In this document: in pieces, positions 1 to 10,700 of the stretch | Numbering within the stretch: position 1 is the first letter of the stretch | Layout: each line of letters opens with the position of its first letter | Origin: Owenia fusiformis | Taxonomy: Eukaryota | Assembly: GCA_903813345.2 (NCBI GenBank) | Contig: CAIIXF020000001.1 | Location: 9,052,001-9,116,000, forward strand | Direction: 5' to 3' | Length of the DNA stretch: 64,000 bases | Program-made: the position numbers and the translations under genes | Notes under the pieces: model-generated | The model's database searches: none | What the model was told of the DNA's origin: nothing | What the model saw: only the letters and a program-made list of their open reading frames with translations

Positions 1-3000
1 AAAAGTACAAATAAAATTCCACCCACGACCAAGATGATGAAGGGGATATCCAGTTCCATCCACTGTAAACTCAGCAACTGTCTTGTGTCTTGCTTCCAAT
101 GAAAATACTGATTCTCTTCATGTTGTTGTAGTATCCTCCACTGTGTTGTAGTATAATTCAACTTTGATTATGCGAAATAATCTAAGTCAAACTATCGGCT
201 CTGTAAATGGCTATCTCCTGGATCCTCCTTAATGTGTTGTAGGATAATTCAACTTTAATTATATGAAATAATCAAAGTCAAACTATCGGCTCTGTAAATG
301 GCTATCTCTTGGATCCTCCTCACTGTGTTGTAGGATAATTCAACTTTAATTATATAAAATAATCAAAGTCAAACTATTGGCTCTGTAAATGGCTATCTCC
401 TGGATCCTCCTCAATGTGTTGTAGGATAATTCAACTTTAATTATATGAAATAATCAAAGTCCAACTATCAGCTCTGTAAATGGCTATCTCCTGGATCCTC
501 GTCACTGTGTTATAGGATAATTCAACTTTAATTATATGAAATAATCAAAGTCAAACTATCGGCTCTGTAAATGGCTATCTCCTGGATCCTCCTCACTGTG
601 TGGTAGGATAATTCAACTTTAATTATATAAAATAATCAAAGTCAAACTATTGGCTCTGTAAATGGCTATCTCCTGGATCCTCCTCAATGTGTTGTAGGAT
701 AATTCAACTTTAATTATATGAAATAATCAAAGTCAAACTATTGGCTCTGTAAATGGCTATCTCCTGGATCCTCCTCAATGTGTTGTAGGATAATTCAACT
801 TTAATTATATGAAATAATCAAAGTCAAACTATCGGCTCTGTAAATGGCTATCTCCTGGATCCTCCTCACTGTGTTGTAGGATAATTCAACTTTAATTATA
901 TGAAATAATCAAAGTCAAACTATCGGCTCTGTAAATGGCTATCTCCTGGATCCTCGTCAATGTGTTGTAGGATAATTCAACTTTAATTATATGAAATAAT
1001 CAAAGTCAAACTATTGGCTCTGTAAATGGCTATCTCCTGGATCCTCCTCACTGTGTTGTAGGATAATTCAACTTTAATTATATGAAATAATCAAAGTCAA
1101 ACTATCGGCTCTGTAAATGGCTATCTCCTGGATCCTCGTCAATGTGTTGTAGGATAATTCAACTTTAATTATATGAAATAATCAAAGTCAAACTATCGGC
1201 TCTGTAAATGGCTATCTCCTGGATCCTCCTCAATGTGTTGTAGTATAATTCAACTTTGATTATGCGAAATAATCTAAGTCAAACTATCGGCTCTGTAAAT
1301 GGCTATCTCCTGGATCCTCCTCACTGTGTTGTAGGATAATTCAACTTTAATTATATGAAATAATCAAAGTCAAACTATCGGCTCTGTAAATGGCTATCTC
1401 CTGGATCCTCGTCAATGTGTTGTAGGATAATTCAACTTTAATTATATGAAATAATCAAAGTCAAACTATCGGCTCTGTAAATGGCTATCTCCTGGATCCT
1501 CCTCAATGTGTTGTAGTATAATTCAACTTTAATTATATGAAATAATCAAAGTCAAACTATTGGCTCTGTAAATGGCTATCTCCTGGATCCTCCTCACTGT
1601 GTTGTAGGATAATTCAACTTTAATTATATGAAATAATCAAAGTCAAACTATCGGCTCTGTAAATGACTATCTCTTGGATCCTCCTCAATGTGTTGTAGTA
1701 TAATTCAACTTTAATTATATGAAATAATCAAAGTCAAACTATTGGCTCTGTAAATGGCTATCTCCTGGATCCTCCTCACTGTGTTGTAGGATAATTCAAC
1801 TTTAATTATATGAAATAATCAAAGTCAAACTATCGGCTCTGTAAATGGCTATCTCCTGGATCCTCCTCAATGTGTTGTAGGATAATTCAACTTTAATTAT
1901 ATGAAATAATCAAAGTCAAACTATCGGCTCTGTAAATGGCTATCTCTTGGATCCTCCTCACTGTGTTGTAGGATAATTCAACTTTAATTATATGAAATAA
2001 TCAAAGTCAAACTATCGGCTCTGTAAATGGCTATCTCCTGGATCCTCCTCACTGTGTTGTAGGATAATTCAACTTTAATTATATGAAATAATCAAAATCA
2101 AACTATCGGCTCTGTAAATGACTATCTCTTGGATCCTCCTCACTGTGTTGTAGGATAATTCAACTTTAATTATATGAAATAATCAAAGTCAAACTATCGG
2201 CTCTGTAAATGGCTATCTCCTGGATCCTCCTCAATGTGTTGTAGGATAATTCAACTTTAATTATATGAAATAATCAAAGTCAACTATCGGCTCTGTAAAT
2301 GGCTATCTCCTGGATCCTCCTCACTGTGTTGTAGGATAATTCAACTTTAATTATATGAAATAATCAAAGTCAAACTATCGGAATTGACAAAGTTTACGAA
2401 CGTCTTATATGGCATCAACTGCTAAGTACACAAACTTCCTTCACAATTAAGTAATCAGCCTACCTAAAAATATAGCATGCGCACAACAGCATAGGCAAAA
2501 ATATTACAAGTCAAAATATGTGCCCTTGAAAATAACTAAGTTCAGTTAATGTTGAGTTATACTGATATTGAAATATCCTAAGTTCAATATTTATTCTCCA
2601 AAAAACAACAAAGTCCAAAATAATGTTTCTCCAAATATTGACTAAGTTCAATAATTTCTATCTCAAAAATAATCAAAGTCCAATTTCATGTGTTCATGAA
2701 ATTGAACTGACAGAGCTCAGAAATCTAGTATAGGCTTGATGCTGCCTCCAAACACGGTACTGAATATTCCCTCTTGAGGTATCCTCTACACAAATACACG
2801 GGTAGATGGCCAAGTTATCATCTACAGAATCACGGTGTAGCAGTCTTCCCTCTCAGGTATCCTTCATCACAAGTAGATGTCCAAGTTATCATCCACTGAA
2901 CTAAGTGCAGCTATGTATCTCCTATCTGCCTCGGGAAATATTCAAAGTCCCAACAACTTTCTACTGAAAATTGTCAAAGTCCAAAAATATTTCCTTGAAA

Positions 3001-3785
3001 AATGACTAAGTCCAACTTCACATAAAAATATGAAATTGAAACGGAGCTCTGTCCCGAACGAAAGCTAGCTGTAATCTGCTGAGCGCTCTCAGCTTGCTGC
3101 TTATATACCCAGCAGCGGTGCGGCGATGACGTCATCCACTTGTTTACATCAAATTCCAACTTCATATGATTGCAAGCTAAATAACGCCAAAATTACTCCC
3201 AAACATGAAATATAAATGAATTTAAATTACAGAGACATGAAATATAACAACAATTATGCACAGAATGACATAATAAAGAAGCTTTAATGAGTTAAAGTTA
3301 TCCTCATGAATTTAATTCCAAAATGGCCTAGCGCCGCAATTCTCAACTTGATCTCTATATATCTCGAAAAGTATACGCTAATTCTATTCCAAAGTTACTC
3401 AATCAAAACTTGAGATCGTTAGTTATACTAATCTATCAAAACTATATAGAAATAAAGGCAAACTAACCTGTATTGGAACGATATGAGGGGACGATTCAAA
3501 ATGCCGCACTAAAAACGTTGGTGGTGGTTACTGGATGTCAACTACCCAAACGTGAAACGAAAACACTAATTATATTGAAAATATACGAAATGACCGGAAG
3601 TAGCCAGTTAAACATGATAAACAATTCACATACACAATTGTTAGACCAAGTAGGAATAAAAATAATTGCCCAAATATGTGTATAACTAGCAAGCTCAACT
3701 ATAACCGGGGAGATTGCTGATGAAGTGCTGAAAACCTCCAAATACTAAGACCATAAAATTTTTAAAAAAAAAATAATTTGTTACA
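1..3785 (-). repeat. 3' LTR (truncated by the window edge)
   Basis: Identical by eye to 13254..17038; directly preceded on the minus strand by the PPT. Confidence 0.95.
133..2381 (-). repeat. Tandem array of 25 x 91-bp hairpin units in the 3' LTR
   Basis: GGATCC recurs at 220, 311, 402...; hairpin starts run from 152 to 2335 = 24 x 91 minus one 1-bp deletion near 2281. Confidence 0.97.
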
Positions 3786-3797
3786 CTCCTCCCATCC
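3786..3797 (-). other. Polypurine tract (PPT)
   Basis: Minus-strand GGATGGGAGGAG abuts the TGTAAC start of the 3' LTR. Confidence 0.9.
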
Positions 3798-4173
3798 AAT
3801 GATTTTGGTGTTAACAACACCAAGTCCAAAGCACACAAAAAAATAACAAATTATTTTAAGAAAATATACTATATTATGACTGGTGAGGTAGTTTCACAGG
3901 CTAAATCATTATGAAAAATAAAAAAACTTCTCTTAAATTACTGTTCATAGAAAATATAAGTATATATATATATATCATCTTTATAAAGTCTCTGGAATAA
4001 GTTCAGTAACTTGTGATACTCTCATGGTAAACTGTCTCTTAACTATGTCTCTAACACTGCTGACACAGCAACTACTTATCTACATAATATACTTCTAAGA
4101 AACGTACTATATTCCATGAAAATCACTTAGTCTATCATAAAATTACACATCACATGTCTTCATGTTGATCAAG

Positions 4174-4490
4174 AATGTCTCTTTCGAAGTTATTCACTTT
4201 GTCTTTCACATATCACCTATCCTGGATCGTAGGTTTTATCGTAAATGTCTTTCCATGTTAATCACAGTCTCTCACGTATCACATACTCCATATAATCTGT
4301 ATGTTACTCATTAATGTCTTTCAGTGTTTATCACAGTCAATCACATATCATATACTATCTTTAATCCGTGTGTTGTTTATTAATATATATCCATGTTAAT
4401 TATGCAGTCTTTCATATAACACATACTCTTTAATCCACATGTTTTTCATAAATATCTTCCCATGTTAATTACACAGTCTTTCGCATATCT
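4174..4490. repeat. Degenerate ~68-70 bp tandem repeat (about 5 units) between the pol stop and the PPT
   Basis: Recurrent AATGTCTTTCCATGTTAATCACAGTCT..CACATATCACATACT near 4174, 4244, 4313, 4382 and 4451. Confidence 0.7.
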
Positions 4491-4765
4491 TTATAAAAAC
4501 TAAGACAGTCTTGTGTTCTACATTAATCACTGCTATCCTTATCAAATCACACTGCTACGTTCCAGATAATTTCTTAACATCTTTATGTCTTTATATCCTT
4601 AATAATCCATAAACTAAACTCCGATATAACAAAAGTAATCAGTCATACTTTAATGTCCTTTCCATCATATTTCTAGGTTTTTCAATCAATTGGTAACGTC
4701 CTTATCTATATTTCCAACAAAACGAACCCAACTCCTGTAACAACTAATACTGTAAAGGTTAACAC

Positions 4766-7700
4766 TTAAATTTTCAGACTGGCATACCTAGTGACCAGAG
4801 TTTCATCCTCGAGGACGCTTCCATCTCTGGCGTAGTAACGGAATCTTATCTCCATCTTGATAGGGTTGTTTACTGTGCCCTTCTTATAAGGCTCATACTC
4901 CTCTGTTTCGACGTCCTCCTCCTCTAACCTTTCTAATACTACTTTGGCTGTTTTGGTTATTTTCTTACTCTCATCCTCATCTGAACTGGTCTCAATAATG
5001 GCAACACTTTTTGGCTCTTTCTTTGACTTTTTTCTCGGGGCACTCTTTGGCTTGGGTTTCGGGGATTTTCCCTTATCTTTATTCAGAACATACTCCTTCC
5101 CTTCCCCAATTGGTATAACAATTCTACTGTCCCCCTGACTATCGACCTTCTTGGTCCCAGTATGTTTTCCCTCTTTCTCTTTAGGTTCTACCCTCTTCCC
5201 CCATACTATGGGTGACTTACTGGCCGCCGTTGTCACAGTGTTTGAAGCCATGGTGGTAGTCGTAGAGGGTAATGCAAGGGGATCCTTAGTAACACTCTGG
5301 GAACTCACAGAACTTGTTTTGGAGGTAACTACTGAAGTCTTGGGTACAGTGGTGCAAGGAACACTCGTGGGAGTAGGGCGTGTCCCAAGGGAAGTTACAG
5401 GGGCCTTAGAAGTGACAGGGGTTACTTCAGGTGACGTTGCATGATTCTTAGAGACAATAGGGGCTGGGGCAACTACCTCAGGGGCGCTCATTAGAGATGT
5501 AGGTGGGGCCCCTAGACTAGCAGAGGGTGGAGGGAATTGAGGTCTCTTGACATCAGAAGCGGATTGCCATGTTTGTAACAACCCACTAAGTTGCTCCATG
5601 AGATTAAATCCTGTGGGTTCCTGGACTGTCGCTATGCGTTCAACTGGGAGGGAGTCTTTACTAGAGGACCTCGAAGGCCTATCCCATCGGGCGAACTTAT
5701 CCACCTTACCACTATCACTACTATTCACTCTACGCTCCTTACTGTCTCTATCTTTACGATCATTGCTTCTGTCTCTATGGTAATCCCTACTATCTCTATC
5801 TTCTCTACTGTCTCTATCTCTACTACGGCCCCTACGATCATTGTATCCATACCGGAACCTATCACCACGGTCACCGAATCTTGGTCTTGGCCAATGGGAC
5901 ATCTTGTCTTCGACCCTGGAAGCACATAAAACAGTATTTAACTCATAATCACACAAGCGTTTTGGGGGTTTCCGGACCCTCCTTCCCCACCCTTTTGATT
6001 GGCCCATAGAATCTGTACCACCCTGTTCACCCTCAATCACTCTCTTATTTTTAGACTTACTACACCCTTTTTCCTGTGTTTCACTATCTGCATCAAGTAT
6101 CACTCCTTTTTCCCTCATTTGGACTTCTCCTCGGTCGCTAGGCTCACATTTTTCATCTCTCGGCTCAGTTTCATATAACTCCACATCCATCGGGTCTGTT
6201 TTCACCTCTTTATTCATTTTGGTCTCGGGTGGGGTCGGATCATCATCATGGAGTATTTTGTCCTCAGTTTCATCACTGTCCACTCTCATCTTTTCTCTCT
6301 GTTTCATCTCGGACGAATCCAAAGTCATTGGGTCGGATGGAATCTCCTCCAACTTCAGTTTGGTCTCATCCGAAGGTATTTTCCAGTCTTCTGGAAGTTG
6401 GCTCTCGTATGGTTTGAGTTGATCAAAATGGACCACTTTGGGTGTCCGCTTTCCCCACTCACAGATGCGATAGGTGACATCAGACATCTTCTGCAAAACC
6501 TGAAATGGACCTAACCAACGACATTGCAATTTAGGAGAAATACCTCTTTTCTTGTTATTGTTTAAGTACCATACTGCATCACCAGGATTATATCCTTTAC
6601 CAACCACACGTCGATCATAAACATCTCGTTGACGGATTGCTGACTTTTTTAACACCCTGCTTGCCCTTTCATGAGCATCTTTCAGGCCTTGTCGAAGTTC
6701 AATCACATAGTCTGTCTTCATTTCTTCACATTGTGGATCCTCTATCATCCAAGATACTGGAACAGATAATTCCCGCCCAAACATCATCATAGCTGGCGTT
6801 TCCCCGGTAGCATCATGTGTAGATGTGCGATACGCCATGAGAGCAAATGGAATCTGTACATCCCAGTCAGACTGATGGACCTCGGGTTGCAACAACTTAG
6901 CAATAGTGTCAAGTAAGGTCCTGTTATATCTTTCGACCATCCCGTCACTCTGTGGGTGGAAAGGGGTGGTTCGGGTCTTGTGTATCCCCATCAACTTGCA
7001 GACTTCTTGAAAAACATGAGATTCGAAGTTCCGACCCTGGTCGGAGTGCAAGTCTGCGGGAACTCCGAATCTACACACAACTTCTGTAACCAGCTTGTCT
7101 GCCACTGTAATGGCTTCTTGGTTAGGAAGGGCAAAGGCTTCTACCCACTTGGAAAAATAGTCAGCACACACCATGATCACCTTGTTCCCTCTAGACGTCT
7201 CGGGAAATGGTCCTAATATGTCCACTGCATACCTCTCCATGGGACTACTTACCCCTTGTATCTGCAATGGAGCTCTTCTGGCTCGCAGAGGTTTTCTTCT
7301 CTTTCCACACGTGTGACAGGTTCGCACGACCCCTCTGACATCAACCCTCTGTTCGAACCAATAAAATCTCTGCCTACTTTTCAAAAAGGTCCTACGGATT
7401 CCAAAATGCCCCGCTACCTTGTTAGTATGACACATTTCTAGAACAACCAGCTTCATCGGGGATGGTACAACAATTTGCAAATGACCATGCTCTCCACTTG
7501 CATCCTCCCATCTTTTACAAAGTACATCCTTGTGAATTTCTAGCTGGTTCCAAAGGTGCCAATAATGTTTGGTTGCTGGTGAGTTAAAACTGATTTTATC
7601 CCAAATAGGCCTAGTGTTAGAGGAACGCAACGCCTCTAATATGGGCTGTATCTCAGGGTCCTGTTCCTGTGCCTCTGCAATCTTTTCCAACGTCCAAGTT

Positions 7701-10700
7701 GGTTCAATAGCAACCATAGCAACTTGTAATTGAGACACATCTTCTTGTTGAGCTACCTCATCACAGTGAGAACACTGTGTACAGGGTCTCCGAGACATAA
7801 CATCGGCGTTGGCATGTCGTGGTCCAGGTCTGTACTCCAATTGAAAGTTGTATTCTTGAAGCACCTCTAACCATCGAGCCAATTGTCCCTCTGGGTTCTT
7901 AAAATTCGTCAACCATCTCAAGGATCCATGGTCTGAGCGAATGGTGAATCGTACACCATATAGATATTGACGAAAATACTTCGCGAAGTGCACCACAGCC
8001 AGGAGTTCCTTCCTGGTTACACAGTAGTTTAACTCTGGTCCATTTAGTCGGTGACTGGCATAATATATAACTCTTTCTTCGTTGTCTTGTATCTGGGATA
8101 AAACAGCGCCAACAGCTTCATGACTGGCATCTGTGTCCAATATGTAGGGACAATCATCCCTTGGAAAAGCCAAAATCGGTGCTGTAGTTAACCTTTCCTT
8201 TAAAGTAATGAAGGCTTCTTCAGCTTCAGAGTTCCACATAAACCTCTGGTTCTTCCGTGTTAACTTGTGCAAAGGTCCTGCTATTTCAGCAAAGTTTTTA
8301 ATGTGTCTCCTGTAATATGATGCTCCTCCCACAAACTGCCGGACCTGCTTGACAGTCTTTGGAGTGGGATATTGTAGCATAGCTTCCACTTTCTTGGGAT
8401 CGGGTGCAATGCCCTCCCCTGAAACTACATGCCCTAAGTAGTTTACCTGTGTCTGAAGTAGAGTACACTTCTTTGGTTTCAACTTCAATCCAGCTCTACG
8501 TAATCGCCCAAATACCCCTTCTAAACGTTTTAGAGCTTGTTCAAATGTAGGGGAGAAAGAAATGACGTCATCCAAGTAAACTAAGGACCCTTCCTTGTTC
8601 AATCCGCTAAGGACTTCTTCCATCAGTCTACAAAAAGTAGAGGGTGCGTTTGCCAAGCCAAATGGCATTACAGCCCATTGGAACAGTCCCCCTCTCACAG
8701 TAAATGCAGATTTTTCCTGTGCTTCTTTGTCAAGTAATATTTGCCAGTAACCACTGGCTAAATCCAGGGTGCTGAAATACTTTGATCCATTCATCATGTC
8801 TAACGTTTCGTCAATCCGGGGGATAGGAAAAGCATCTTTCTTGGTAACGCTATTGAGCTTCCTATAATCCACACAGAATCTCCAAGACCCGTCCTTTTTC
8901 TTTACTAATACAATGGGCGATGCCCATGGACTCTGTGATGGCTTAATTATACCTCGTCGCAACATGTCTTCAATGAGCTCATTCACTTCATCTTGTCGAC
9001 TTCTGGGCAACATTCGGTATCTTTGTCGAATAGGAGTAGTATCCCCTGTATCAATGTTGTGTTCTACTAATGTAGTCCTCCCCAAATCATCATCACTTTG
9101 GGCAAAGATATCCTTATTTCCTCTTAGTAGCTTCTGTAATTGATCTCTCTGGGTCTGATTAAGTCCACAAGAACTCCGTTCAAACAAGTCCTGCATAAAC
9201 TCTGGTAATGGCAAAAGTGAATCCTCAGTCCCTTCTGAACCTGTAAGCGGGCAAATTATTTCTTCAGTGACTTTATCGAGATCTACTTGATAGGTGTCCT
9301 CATCTACAGAGGTAATGACTCCTAATACAGCCCCTTCGGGAATGGATATTTCAAAGTCATTGTGATTCCTTACTTCCATATAACTACTTTGACTTGTATC
9401 AGCTAAGGTTGTCACAATTTCGAGTTCTTCTAAATCTTCGGCATCTAAATAAGGTTCAATAATACCCATCCCAGTGAGTGGCTCCTTCCATTGAACTTCA
9501 ATAAATTGACCAGAAAAGGCAGGTAAGATCACTTCATGGGCAGCATTATAACATAACGAAGATTGTCGTGGATCAAACATTTGCCTTAAATCTGATAATA
9601 TATCGTCCTCCAACTCTAAACTTTCTGGTGTATTAGGAGGCGTTTCTGGAATGATGATTGGAGTAGCTGGAGGGCTATCAGGAAATCGCATTCCTTGTTC
9701 AGGTGATGGAGTTTCAGGTACAAGTATATATTCCAACTGTTCCCTGGCATCTTCAAAATCCTGAGAATCCTCAGAGTCCTCCATACTCTCCTCAGGAATA
9801 GATGAAGGGCTATCGGGGAACTGGATCCTGGCTACAGGTGGGGTTTGTGTGGTACCTTTAAATTTTGCTCTCTCTTTACAACTGGATCCACTATCAACTG
9901 ATTCCACTTGTTTTCCACAAGCCTCAGAGATAAAATCATCTGCTTTTAGATCAGAACTGTAACTCTTATCCAATTTGGCCATTGACCCCACACTGCAACT
10001 TCGAGAATTGTCTGTTTCCCTCGAATTCAACTTCATTTCAGCATCCTCATAACTGTCTGTTGAAATATTGGGTTTGTCCTTGGTCCCAAAGCTAACTGTG
10101 CATCGGTGGTAGTCCACTATCGCGCCTGATGCAGAAAGATAGTCACTTCCCAAAATTCCTTCGAAGTCAATTGGGGCTACTACAATCTCCAACTCCTCTT
10201 CATGTCCATCGATACTCACCTTACCGAATATGGCTCCTAAAGTGGCCAATGGTTCCCCATCAGCCTGCAGCATAATATGAGTAGCTGGTATAAGTTTAGG
10301 ACGATAGCGAGGGTTCATCCTTCTGTAAACTTCACTGTTTACAATGGTGCGTGCAGCACCAGAGTCCAACAAAAAGGCTACCTCTGCACCACAAACATCA
10401 CCATGAGCGATAACTTTACGGACATCTTTTGGGGACTCATTCTTTGAAACATCTCTCCCAAAATGAGAGAGGAATTTAACTGGAGCGGCTTGGCGTGACT
10501 CAGCTTGTGCTTCTTTAGCTCGCTCCTCCATTCGCTTCCTGCTATAACACTCTGCAATAACATGACCTGGTTTATGGCAGAAAAAGCACTCCAATTTTCT
10601 GTATCGACTTCCCTTTATTTCGCAATTGGTCTTCGGATTATCACCATCAGACTGGATTTTCGTCTCCATCAGCTGAATCCTCTTCTCCAGATTTTTGCGG

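Noticed and set aside
133-2381. CRISPR-like array
   Set aside because: Units are near-identical over their whole length, with no unique spacers; eukaryotic context and no cas genes
2974-3741. 63-70 aa ORFs in the U3/promoter region (repeated at 16227-16994)
   Set aside because: No recognisable features; they recur only because the LTR is duplicated
4766-5902. Envelope gene or chromodomain at the end of pol
   Set aside because: No signal peptide, TM anchor, Cys pattern or chromodomain aromatic motif
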